Below, one piece after another: positions 1 to 8,755 of a stretch of 64,000 nucleotides of DNA. The position numbers and the translations under genes were made by a program. The notes beneath the pieces are model-generated. The model had not been told where the DNA came from, searched no databases, and saw only the letters and a program-made list of their open reading frames with translations. Every line of letters begins with the position of its first letter. Within the stretch, counting starts at the first letter, position 1. Location: NCBI GenBank assembly GCA_047602405.1, contig JASGHJ010000001.1, positions 1,120,001-1,184,000 on the forward strand, read 5' to 3'. The DNA comes from Anaeromyxobacteraceae bacterium. Lineage in GTDB: Bacteria; Myxococcota; Myxococcia; Myxococcales; Anaeromyxobacteraceae.

Positions 1-134
1 TCCTCCTCGGCGAACTCCTGGATGACGGCCTGGATCGGGCCGAGCGGGCGGCCGAGCAGGAACGCGGCGTTCCGGCCGCGGTCGTATTCTGCGTAGCACT
101 GCCGGTAGAGCTCGTAGAGCGCGGACGTGGTCAT
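1..134 (-). CDS. Hypothetical protein, N-terminal part (runs off window)
   Basis: ATG at 134 preceded by GGAGG; open frame MTTSALYELYRQCYAEYDRGRNAAFLLGRP... with host-like codon usage. Confidence 0.6.
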   Translation of the reverse strand, partial: MTTSALYELYRQCYAEYDRGRNAAFLLGRPLGPIQAVIQEFAEE

Positions 135-500
135 CGGGCCTCCCGCTGGCTCCGATTGCCCCTCACCCGCCGCCGCCCGCCTGCCTCGTGGAGCCAGGCA
201 CCTCCCATCGTGATCGCCGCGATCGACGATTTCAAGGCGGAGTGGTGACTACACCGTGAGCAACTGATCGTCGAGCGGGCACCAGATTCCGGGCAGCGCG
301 CCAAGCCCGCGAAACGAGATCGAAAGCGGCGCGGCGTGACCGCGCGCCGCGCCCGGACCCTCGAAAGAAAGGTGCGCGGGGTCGCCGCGCCGGCCCCCCG
401 TATCCACGGGGCACAGGGCCGATGCCGCACTGCGACGGATCGCGGGGCACCTCGCGTGTCCGGCACCCGGGATCCCGCGGGGTTGCGCGGCCGGAGCCCC

Positions 501-516
501 TGGCCCGCGGCTTGCT
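501..516 (+). promoter_or_regulatory. Sigma54 (-24/-12) promoter of exbB operon
   Basis: TGGCCCGCGGCTTGCT = GG-N10-GC, close to consensus TGGCACG-N4-TTGCW. Confidence 0.7.
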
Positions 517-527
517 CAGGGCCGCCC

Positions 528-715
528 TCAGGGGACTCACACAGGGTGATGTAATCGGCGTTCACGCCGTTCGTACGCAGCGGCGGCGGGGACGGAGGCG
601 GTACCCGCGAGGGCCGGTGACGGTTCACCGCACCTCGGGGGTTCACACCCCGAAACCGGACGGACTGCGCAGCGACGAACCACGAACCAGGGCGGCCGCG
701 AGAAGCGCCGCCAGG
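528..715 (+). ncRNA. Candidate structured cis-regulatory leader RNA
   Basis: Closing helix GTTCGT/ACGAAC and CGCAG/CTGCG; three TTCA-loop hairpins and one GCGA tetraloop hairpin; lies between promoter and exbB. Confidence 0.4.
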
Positions 716-735
716 AAACACGGAGCTCGAAGGTC

Positions 736-1401
736 ATGACGAACGCACTCTTCCAGCTGTTCACGCGAGCCGGCGCCGAGTGGGTGATGCTGCTGCTCGT
801 CGCGCTCTCGGTCGCCTCGCTCGCGATCGCCCTCGAGCGCTTCCTCTTCTTCACCCGCAACGGCCGCGCGCTGACGCCCGACCTCCTCGCCCTGCTGTCG
901 GGCGGGAAGCTCGAGGAGGCCCAGATGCGCGTGGGCGGGCGGCCCGGCCTCGAGGCGCAGGTCGCGCGCGCGGCGCTCGCTGCGGCCGACGGCGGCCCGG
1001 GCTCGGTCGACCAGGCGGTCGCGGCGACCATCGCCACGGCGCGCCCCGGCTACGAGCGCGGCCTGTCGTTCCTGGGCACCCTCGGCGCGAACGCGCCGTT
1101 CCTGGGGCTCTTCGGCACGGTCGTCGGCATCATCCAGGCGTTCTCGCAGCTCTCGCTCGGCTCCGCGAAGGGCCAGGCCGCGGCCCAGGTGATGGGTGGC
1201 ATCTCCGAGGCGCTCGTCGCCACCGCGGTGGGCATCCTCGTCGCCATCCCGGCGGTCGTCGCCTTCAACGGCTACCAGCGCTGGCTGAAGAACCTCACCG
1301 CCCGCGCCGAGGCCGTCGGCCACGCCCTGCGCACCCACCTCGAGCGCGACGACGTCCGCGAGCCGGCCCTGCGCCGCGCCCGCGAGGCGCGGGCCGCGTA
1401 A
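736..1401 (+). CDS. exbB: MotA/TolQ/ExbB proton channel protein
   Basis: LGTLGANAPFLGLFGTVVGII and GISEALVATAVGILVAIPA motifs. Confidence 0.93.
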   Translation: MTNALFQLFTRAGAEWVMLLLVALSVASLAIALERFLFFTRNGRALTPDLLALLSGGKLEEAQMRVGGRPGLEAQVARAALAAADGGPGSVDQAVAATIATARPGYERGLSFLGTLGANAPFLGLFGTVVGIIQAFSQLSLGSAKGQAAAQVMGGISEALVATAVGILVAIPAVVAFNGYQRWLKNLTARAEAVGHALRTHLERDDVREPALRRAREARAA

Positions 1402-1411
1402 GGAGCGACCC

Positions 1412-1849
1412 ATGGCCGGCCACGCCACCACGGGCGACGACGCCATCACCGGCATCAACGTCACCCCGCTCGTCGACATCGTCCTCGTGCTGCTCATCAT
1501 CTTCATGGTCACCGCCAGCTACATCGTGAAGGACGCCATCGATGTGGATCTTCCTCGCGCCGCGTCCGGCGGCGAGACCGTGGGCGAGACGCTCTCCTTC
1601 GCGATCGACAAGGACGCGAAGCTCTTCCTCGACGGCCGCCCGGTCGATCCCGCCGCCGCGCGGGCCGCGGTCCAGGCCGCGGTCGGCCGCTCGAAGGACG
1701 CCCGCGCGCTCATCGGCGCCGACCGGGCCGTCGCGCACGGCGAGGTCGTCGCGCTCATCGACCTCGTGAAGTCCGAGGGCATGGCGAAGTTCGCCATCCA
1801 GATCGTCCGCGACGACGCCGCGAAGGCCGCCGCCGGGGCCACGCCGTGA
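1412..1849 (+). CDS. exbD: ExbD/TolR biopolymer transport protein
   Basis: INVTPLVDIVLVLLIIFMVT motif; AGGAG RBS. Confidence 0.93.
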   Translation: MAGHATTGDDAITGINVTPLVDIVLVLLIIFMVTASYIVKDAIDVDLPRAASGGETVGETLSFAIDKDAKLFLDGRPVDPAAARAAVQAAVGRSKDARALIGADRAVAHGEVVALIDLVKSEGMAKFAIQIVRDDAAKAAAGATP

Positions 1850-2589
1850 CCACCCTCGAGCCCACCTCCACGCCCCGCAAGCGGATCCTCGCGCTCGCCG
1901 CGGTGGGCTCGCTCGCGCTGCACGCCGGCGGCATCGCGCTCGCGGCGCACCTGCCGCCGCCGGTCGCCGAGGTCCGCCCGCCCCCGGTCGAGGTCGCGTT
2001 CGAGGTCGCGGACCCCCCGCCGCCCGCCGCGCCGCCGAAGGCCGAGCCCCCGCCGCCGGCCCCCGCGCCGCGTCCGGTCATGGTGAAGGCGCCGGCCCCC
2101 GTCGAGCCGCCCCCGCCGCCGCCCTCCTCCGAGCCGCCGCCGCCGGAGCAGCCGAAGGCCCGCGCCGTGCCGCGCGTCGGCATCACCCTCGGCTCGACCG
2201 CCACCGGCGGCGGCTTCGCCGTGGGCGTCGGCAACACGCTCTACGGGAAGGCCTCCACCACCGCGGCCGACCCGGCCTCCGTGAAGCCGTACGCTGGCCC
2301 GTCGACGCCGCCCGCGCGCCTCTCGGCGCAGCCGCGGCTCGTCGGCCGGCCCGAGGTGCCCTACCCGCCCGACGCGCGCAAGGCCGGCGTCGAGGGCCGG
2401 GTGCTGCTCCTCCTCCGCATCGCGGCCGACGGCCGGGTGGCCGCCGCCACCGTCCTCGCCGACCCCGGCGCCGGCCTGGGCGAGGCCGCCCGCGCCGCCG
2501 CGCTCGCCTTCCGGTTCACGCCCGCGCTCGTCGAGGGCGAGGCGGTCGAGACCGAGCTCCGCTTCACGTACACGTTCGTCCTGGAGTGA
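1846..2589 (+). CDS. tonB: Energy transducer TonB
   Basis: N-terminal TM helix SLALH, Pro-rich linker, C-terminal YPPDARKAGVEGRV domain; GTGA overlap with exbD. Confidence 0.9.
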   Translation: MTTLEPTSTPRKRILALAAVGSLALHAGGIALAAHLPPPVAEVRPPPVEVAFEVADPPPPAAPPKAEPPPPAPAPRPVMVKAPAPVEPPPPPPSSEPPPPEQPKARAVPRVGITLGSTATGGGFAVGVGNTLYGKASTTAADPASVKPYAGPSTPPARLSAQPRLVGRPEVPYPPDARKAGVEGRVLLLLRIAADGRVAAATVLADPGAGLGEAARAAALAFRFTPALVEGEAVETELRFTYTFVLE

Positions 2590-2593
2590 AACC

Positions 2594-5173
2594 ATGCTGC
2601 CCCGCCTCCTCGTCGCCGTCCTGATCCTCCTCGCGCTCGGCGCGCTCCCCCCGCGCGTCCGCGCGGACGAGCCCGCCGGCGTCCTCACGAAGCCGCCCGC
2701 CGTCGTGCACGACGCGACGCCCGAGTTCCCGGAGGCCGCGAAGGCCGAGGGCGCGACCGGCGTCGTCGCCCTCGAGCTCGAGCTCTCCGAGCAGGGCGAG
2801 GTGGTCGACGCGGTCGTGACCCAGCCCGCCGGCCACGGCTTCGACGAGGCGGCGCTGGCCGCGGCGAGGAAGCTCGTGTTCTCGCCCGCGGAGGTGGACG
2901 GGAAGCCGTCCCCGGTCCGGATCGAGTACCGCTTCAACTTCACGCTCGCCGCCGCGCCCGCGCCCCAGGCGCCTCCCCAGGTCAACCTGCGCGGCCGGGT
3001 GGTGGAGCGCGGCAGCCGGGAGCCGGTGGTCGGCGCGCTCGTCACGGCGGGCGGGAAGCGCGCGGTCACCGGCGCCGACGGCCGCTTCGAGCTCGCGGGC
3101 GTGCCGGACGGCAAGGTGCAGGTGGTCGTCGAGGACGGCGCCCACGCGACCTTCCGGAGCGAGGAGGAGATCCTCCCCGGCCAGGCGACCGAGCTCACGG
3201 CCTGGGTGCGCCGCACCGCCGCCGACGCCTACGAGCTCACGGTCGTCGGCGAGCGCGAGAAGAAGGAGGTCGCGCACGTCGCCCTCTCCTCGATGGAGGT
3301 CCGCAAGGTGCCGGGCGTCTCCGGCGACGCGGTGAAGGTCATCCAGAACCTGCCCGGCGTCGCCCGCCCGTCCGCGATGTCCGGCGAGCTCATCGTCCGC
3401 GGCGGCAACGCGCGCGACACCCGCGTCTACGTCGACGGCCACGAGGTCCCGCAGGTGTTCCACTTCGGCGGGCTCACGAGCGTCTACTCGTCCGACCTCA
3501 TCAAGGACGTCGAGTTCGAGGCGGGCAACTTCGGCGCGCGCTACGGCCGCGCCATCGGCGGCCGGGTCAACCTCGAGACCCGCGACCCGGGCGAGAAGGT
3601 GCACGCGCTCGCCGACATGAACCTCTACCACGCGACCGCGCTCTGGGAGGGCAAGGCCGCCGAGGACCTCACCCTCGCCGTGGCGGCGCGCCGCTCCTAC
3701 GCCGACGCGATGATCAAGGCGGCGGTGAAGCAGATGGACGACCCGCCCTCGCTGTCGGTCGCGCCGCGCTACTACGACCTGCAGCTCAAGGGCGCGTGGA
3801 AGCCCCGGCCCGAGGACGCGGTCCGCTTCGACGTCTACGGCTCCGACGACCGGATGAAGATGACCGGGTTCGACTCCGGCACGCTCGAGAACATCGACGG
3901 CATCGACCTCGGCACGAAGTTCTGGGCGGCCTCGGTGCGGTGGACGCACCGGTTCGACGAGGACACCCGGCTCGAGCTCGACCTCGGCGGCGGCGTCGCC
4001 GAGTTCGACCTGGACCTCTCGACCGTGTTCCAGGACCACGAGAAGGTTCCGAACACGACCGGCCGGGTCGAGCTGCACCACACGTTCGGCAAGCGGGCGC
4101 GGATGGTCGCGGGCTTCGACGGCACGGGCTACCTCGGCACCCAGCTCACCGTCACCGCGCCCGAGATCCCGCCGCCCGGCGAGGTCCCCTCGCCCGGCGC
4201 GCCCAGCCGGCGGTTCCACAAGTCGACGAGCGCAGGCGAGGGCGGCGTGTTCGTCGAGGGCACCTTCGAGCCGGTGGACGGCCTCACGGTCGTGCCGGGC
4301 CTGCGCGCCGACGTGCACCGGACGCTCGGCACGCTCGCGTGGGTGGACCCGCGGCTCGCGGTGCGCTGGAAGGTCGGCGAGAACCTCGCGCTCAAGGGCG
4401 CGGTCGGCCTCTACCACCAGGCGCCGCCCATCGTCTACATGACGCGCGAGTGGGGAAACCCGGACCTCGGCCCGGAGGGCGCGCGCCAGTACGCGGTCGG
4501 CGCGGAGCAGAAGCTCTTCGGGAAGGTCTCGCTCGACCTGCAGCTCTACTGGAAGGAGCTCTACGACCTCGCGCTGCCGTCGAGCGCGGTCGTCGAGCGC
4601 GACGGGCAGCAGGTGCTCGAGCGCTACCGGTCGGCCGGCACCGGCCGCTCCTACGGCGCGGAGCTGCTCCTGCGCTGGGATCCCGACGGCCGCTTCTTCG
4701 GCTGGGTCGCGTACTCGCTCTCGCGCACGAAGCGCGACCAGGCGCTCGCGAACGGCTCCTCCATCGAGACGCAGGGCGACGCCTACGACCAGCCGCACAA
4801 CGTCGTGGCCGTCGGCACCTGGGAGCTGCCCGAGGTCTGGGACGGCCTCTCCGCCGGGTTCCGCCTGCGCTACACGAGCGGCAACCCCTACGAGCCCATC
4901 GTCGGCGCGATCTACGACGCCGACGCCGACTACTGGTCGCCCATCGGCTCGGGCAAGTACTCGCGGCGGCAGCCGGCCTTCTTCCAGGCCGACCTGCGCG
5001 TCGATCGGAAGTGGACCTTCCGGACCTGGACCTTCACGGCCTACCTCGAGGTGCAGAACGCGACGAACCGCAAGAACCCCGAGGGCGTCGCGTACTCGGC
5101 CGACTACTCGCAGAAGGGCTGGATCACCGGCCTGCCCCTCTTCCCCGCCTTCGGTCTCCGGGCCGAGTACTGA
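2594..5173 (+). CDS. TonB-dependent receptor with N-terminal TonB-C and carboxypeptidase-regulatory-like domains
   Basis: Signal peptide, PEFPEAAKAEGATGVV TonB-C-like domain, plug (IQNLPGV...LIVRGG), barrel ending GLRAEY. Confidence 0.9.
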   Translation: MLPRLLVAVLILLALGALPPRVRADEPAGVLTKPPAVVHDATPEFPEAAKAEGATGVVALELELSEQGEVVDAVVTQPAGHGFDEAALAAARKLVFSPAEVDGKPSPVRIEYRFNFTLAAAPAPQAPPQVNLRGRVVERGSREPVVGALVTAGGKRAVTGADGRFELAGVPDGKVQVVVEDGAHATFRSEEEILPGQATELTAWVRRTAADAYELTVVGEREKKEVAHVALSSMEVRKVPGVSGDAVKVIQNLPGVARPSAMSGELIVRGGNARDTRVYVDGHEVPQVFHFGGLTSVYSSDLIKDVEFEAGNFGARYGRAIGGRVNLETRDPGEKVHALADMNLYHATALWEGKAAEDLTLAVAARRSYADAMIKAAVKQMDDPPSLSVAPRYYDLQLKGAWKPRPEDAVRFDVYGSDDRMKMTGFDSGTLENIDGIDLGTKFWAASVRWTHRFDEDTRLELDLGGGVAEFDLDLSTVFQDHEKVPNTTGRVELHHTFGKRARMVAGFDGTGYLGTQLTVTAPEIPPPGEVPSPGAPSRRFHKSTSAGEGGVFVEGTFEPVDGLTVVPGLRADVHRTLGTLAWVDPRLAVRWKVGENLALKGAVGLYHQAPPIVYMTREWGNPDLGPEGARQYAVGAEQKLFGKVSLDLQLYWKELYDLALPSSAVVERDGQQVLERYRSAGTGRSYGAELLLRWDPDGRFFGWVAYSLSRTKRDQALANGSSIETQGDAYDQPHNVVAVGTWELPEVWDGLSAGFRLRYTSGNPYEPIVGAIYDADADYWSPIGSGKYSRRQPAFFQADLRVDRKWTFRTWTFTAYLEVQNATNRKNPEGVAYSADYSQKGWITGLPLFPAFGLRAEY

Positions 5174-5184
5174 AAGTGAATTCC

Positions 5185-6309
5185 ATGAACACCCGCACCC
5201 CGCTCCTCCTGGCCGCCGCCGCGCTCGCGACCGCCTGCGGCCAGCCCGACTTCACGAAGCCCCAGCAGGTCACGAACCTGCGCGTCCTCGGCGCCCGCGC
5301 CGAGCCGCCGGAGGTCGCGCCGCCAGGCGACGTCTCGGCGCCGTCGCAGGCGACCCTCGGCGCGCTCGTCGCCCACCCGGACTTCGCCGCCGACCCGGCC
5401 CGCCGCGCGACGGTGCTCCACATCGCCTGCACCCCGGCCCCCGGCGCGGCGGGCGCGACGCCGTGCAGCGCGCTGTCCGAGCTCACCACCCCGACCGACG
5501 TGGTCGGCCTCGTCGACGTCGCGCTCGCGTGCACCTCGCCCGGGCTCGGGAAGGCGGGCGGCGTCACCTTCGCCGGCATCGAGGCGTGCGGCGCCGCGGG
5601 CTGCGAGCCCGTCACCGTGCGTCGGGACCCGGCGGACTCCGGCTCGGGCGTCACGCTCACCTCGCCGCGTTACGAGGTCCCCGCGGCCGCGTCGCTCGCG
5701 GCGCTGCCCGCGGGCCACCCGGACCGCGTGAACGGCGGCGAGATCACCGACCTCGTCCTCGCGCTCGATGCCGCACCGTCCGCCCTCGCGCCCACGGCCG
5801 CGGTCGCCGACGGCTGCGCGGCGCTCGCCGCGGTCGCCTCGAACTTCGCGGCCCGCTGGGCCGAGCGGCCGGGCGTCACCTCGCTGAAGCGGCTGCGCCT
5901 GCGCGGCCCGGAGGCGCCGTCCCCGGCGAACCAGAACCCGGCGCTCTCGGGCATCACCCTCGCCGGCGCCGCGCTGCCCGCGCCGGGCGGCGTCCCCGCG
6001 ACGCTCGCGGCGGGCGCGAAGCGGGATCTCCTGCCGGTGCTGCCGGGCGATCCCGCGGCGCTCGCGGAGCGTTACGTGGAGACCGATGCCGACGGGAAGC
6101 CGGTGCGCGAGAAGACGGAGGAGTGGGCGTACGCCTGGTTCACGACCGCGGGCGAGCTGAAGGACGCGTACACCCGCGGGGTGGACGACCCCGAGGAGCT
6201 CACCGCGCCGGCCGAGGGGCCCGTGCCCCTGCTCGTCTGGCTGGTGGTCCGCGACCTCCGCGGCGGCGTGAGCTGGACGGCGGGGTCGCTCCTCGTGCCG
6301 GCGCGGTGA
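5185..6309 (+). CDS. Lipoprotein, likely receptor partner
   Basis: Lipobox LATAC; LRVLGARAEPPE and VVRDLRGGVSW motifs; directly follows the receptor. Confidence 0.8.
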   Translation: MNTRTPLLLAAAALATACGQPDFTKPQQVTNLRVLGARAEPPEVAPPGDVSAPSQATLGALVAHPDFAADPARRATVLHIACTPAPGAAGATPCSALSELTTPTDVVGLVDVALACTSPGLGKAGGVTFAGIEACGAAGCEPVTVRRDPADSGSGVTLTSPRYEVPAAASLAALPAGHPDRVNGGEITDLVLALDAAPSALAPTAAVADGCAALAAVASNFAARWAERPGVTSLKRLRLRGPEAPSPANQNPALSGITLAGAALPAPGGVPATLAAGAKRDLLPVLPGDPAALAERYVETDADGKPVREKTEEWAYAWFTTAGELKDAYTRGVDDPEELTAPAEGPVPLLVWLVVRDLRGGVSWTAGSLLVPAR

Positions 6310-6325
6310 CTTCGCCCGTCTGCGG

Positions 6326-6376
6326 CCGTTCGTCCCGAGCGCAGGCCTGCCCCTGGCAGGCCGAAGTCGAGGGACG
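6326..6376 (+). repeat. REP-like palindromic repeat
   Basis: CCGTTCGTCCCGAGC-hairpin-GAAGTCGAGGGACG; near-identical inverted copy at 49161-49211. Confidence 0.8.
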
Positions 6377-6406
6377 TGACCATCGTCCCTCGGAAGGGAG
6401 GACGGC

Positions 6407-7441
6407 GTGCGGCGGACGGCAGGCTGGCTGTTGACCGGGGTGGTGGCCGGCGGGCTCGCGCTCGCCTGGGCGCGGAGACGTCACCGCGGCTCGGTGGCCG
6501 GGAAGATCGGCCTCGTGACCGGCGGCTCACGCGGGCTGGGCCTGGTGCTCGCCCGGGAGCTCGGCCGGCGGGGCATGCGGGTGGTGCTGGTCGCGCGCGA
6601 CGAGCAGGAGCTCGAGCGCGCGCGGGCGGGCCTCGCGGCCGAGGGCATCGACGCGACCGCGCTCCCGTGCGACGTGACCGACGCGGAGGGCATGGAGGTG
6701 CTCGTCGCCGACGTCGAGGAGAACCTCGGCCCGGTCGACCTCCTCGTGAACAACGCCGGCATCATCCAGGTCGGGCCCGCCGAGGCGATGTCGCTCGAGG
6801 ACTACCGGCGCGCGATGGACGTGATGTTCTTCGGCGCGCTCGACGCCGCCGAGGCGGTGCTGCCGCGGATGCGCGACCGGCGCCGCGGCACGATCGTGAA
6901 CGTCACCTCGATCGGCGCGGCGGTGGGCGTGCCGCACCTCGCCCCCTACACCGCGGCGAAGTTCGCGCTGCGCGGCTGGTCGGAGGCGCTCGGCGCCGAG
7001 CTCGCGCGCGACGGCGTGCGGGTGGTGACGGTCGTGCCGGGGCTCATGCGCACCGGGTCCTTCGGGCACGCGCTCGTGAAGGGCGAGCGCGAGCTCGAGG
7101 CGAGCATCTTCGCGCTCGCCGCCTCGCTGCCGCTCCTCACCGTCTCGGCCGAGCACGCCGCCCGGCGGATCGTGCGGGCCATCGAGCTCGGCGAGCGCTC
7201 GATCGTGATCGGCGTCCCGGCGAAGCTGCTCCGGCTCGCGCACGCGCTCTCGCCCGGGTTCGTGGTCGGGGCGCTCGGCTTCGTGAACCGGTTCCTGCCG
7301 CGGGCTCACCGCGCCTCGCGCGACGCGATCGCGCTGCCGGGCGAGCTCTTCCGCCGCGGGCTCGCGCGCTCGGTCCTGACCGCCCTCGGCGACCGCGCCG
7401 CGCACGACTACAACGAGGAGCCGGAGCCGGAGTCGGCGTAG
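6407..7441 (+). CDS. Short-chain dehydrogenase/reductase
   Basis: TGGSRGLG, NNAG, YTAAK motifs. Confidence 0.92.
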   Translation: MRRTAGWLLTGVVAGGLALAWARRRHRGSVAGKIGLVTGGSRGLGLVLARELGRRGMRVVLVARDEQELERARAGLAAEGIDATALPCDVTDAEGMEVLVADVEENLGPVDLLVNNAGIIQVGPAEAMSLEDYRRAMDVMFFGALDAAEAVLPRMRDRRRGTIVNVTSIGAAVGVPHLAPYTAAKFALRGWSEALGAELARDGVRVVTVVPGLMRTGSFGHALVKGERELEASIFALAASLPLLTVSAEHAARRIVRAIELGERSIVIGVPAKLLRLAHALSPGFVVGALGFVNRFLPRAHRASRDAIALPGELFRRGLARSVLTALGDRAAHDYNEEPEPESA

Positions 7442-7448
7442 CGCCTCG

Positions 7449-7485
7449 AAAAGGAGAGGCCCCGCTCCACGGGGAGCGGGGCCTC
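7449..7485 (-). terminator. Intrinsic terminator of lipase-fadL unit
   Basis: GAGGCCCCGCTCC/GGAGCGGGGCCTC 13-bp stem followed by a short T run on the minus strand. Confidence 0.75.
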
Positions 7486-7507
7486 GAGACCTCGGGACCG
7501 AAGGATC

Positions 7508-8737
7508 CTACTGCCCGGCCGACCAGGTGAAGCCGAGGCCGGTGATCCAGATGTTCGTCTTGTAGCTGCCCGGGAACGCGGCGGCGCCGGTCGCGGTCTG
7601 CTTGTCGCGGTCGCCGTAGAAGAGCGCCCAGCTGAGCGCGAACGCGTTCGACGCCTTCCAGGTGAAGCCGGTGGTGAGGCCGGTCGTGTTCGAGTCGGGC
7701 AGCGTCGGCGAGAGCGTGTCGGTCTTCAGGCCCGAGAAGTCGCGCATGAGGCCGAAGCGCAGCTCGAACGACGGGTTCACCGTCCACTCGACGCCGCCGC
7801 GGACCACGTGCCCGTCGCCGTAGTCGCGCGGGACGATGAGCGTGAGGCCCTTGTCGCCGACGAACTTGTCCTCCTTGTACACGTTGAAGCCCGCGTAGTT
7901 GTACTGGAGGGTCACCAGCACGGCCTTCGACACCTGGTAGGACGCGCCCGCCGCGATCTGCATCGGGAACGGCAGGTCCTCGGAGACGCCCTGGTCCTGC
8001 GTCGCGGCGCTCGCGATGGAGTCCGGCACGCTGAAGTGGCCGTCGCCCTTCGTCTTCATCGTCGCCTTGTTCTTGAAGTCGACGCCGAGGCGGAGCTTGT
8101 CGGTCACCTGGACGTCGGCCGCGAGCTGGAAGGAGAGGCCGCCGCCGTTCGCGGAGAGCTCGCCGAAGGAGCCCTGGAACGGCTCGATGCCCTGCTTCAG
8201 GTACTGGATGCCGTAGTAGTAGATGAGGCCGCCGCCGACGCGGATCATCGGGGTGATCTCGAAGCCGGCGTTGAGGTACGCGCCGAGCACGCGGCGCTCG
8301 ACCGTGATGATGCGGCCGCGGCCCTGCCAGTCCTCGTCCCACTTCATCTGGCCACCGCCGGGGACGCCGAGGCCGCCGCCGATGCCGAGCCTGTGGCCGC
8401 CGGCGTCGAGCCCGTAGGCGAGGAACAGGGCCACCGGCGGGGTGGGCGCGAAGTTGGTGGTCGCGTCACCGCTGACGCCGGAGGTGCCGTCGCTTGGCGC
8501 GGTCCACTTCGTCTTGAGCGACAGCATGGAGCCGGCGAGCGAGAGGTTCAGCCCCTCGGGGATGCGCGTGAGCGACGCCGGGTTCTGGAACGTGGCGGCC
8601 GCGTCCCGCTGGGCCGCGACGCCGGAGCCCGCGAGCGACAGGTCGCGGGGGTTGGTGTTGATGACCTCGAACCCGCTCGCCGAGGCGAGCGCGGGGACGA
8701 GGAGCGCGGACAGGATGGCGATCTTGAGCGTGCGCAT
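7508..8737 (-). CDS. fadL: OmpP1/FadL/TodX long-chain fatty acid outer-membrane transporter
   Basis: Signal peptide then SGFEV, hatch motif FQNPA, C-terminal PTLPDS and aromatic terminal strand. Confidence 0.85.
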   Translation of the reverse strand: MRTLKIAILSALLVPALASASGFEVINTNPRDLSLAGSGVAAQRDAAATFQNPASLTRIPEGLNLSLAGSMLSLKTKWTAPSDGTSGVSGDATTNFAPTPPVALFLAYGLDAGGHRLGIGGGLGVPGGGQMKWDEDWQGRGRIITVERRVLGAYLNAGFEITPMIRVGGGLIYYYGIQYLKQGIEPFQGSFGELSANGGGLSFQLAADVQVTDKLRLGVDFKNKATMKTKGDGHFSVPDSIASAATQDQGVSEDLPFPMQIAAGASYQVSKAVLVTLQYNYAGFNVYKEDKFVGDKGLTLIVPRDYGDGHVVRGGVEWTVNPSFELRFGLMRDFSGLKTDTLSPTLPDSNTTGLTTGFTWKASNAFALSWALFYGDRDKQTATGAAAFPGSYKTNIWITGLGFTWSAGQ

Positions 8738-8755
8738 GTTCTCGTTCCCCTTCGC

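Noticed and set aside
300..735. Cobalamin or c-di-GMP riboswitch upstream of the TonB operon
   Set aside because: No GGGAA/GCCACTG B12-box pattern; GCACAGGGC is not followed by the GEMM consensus
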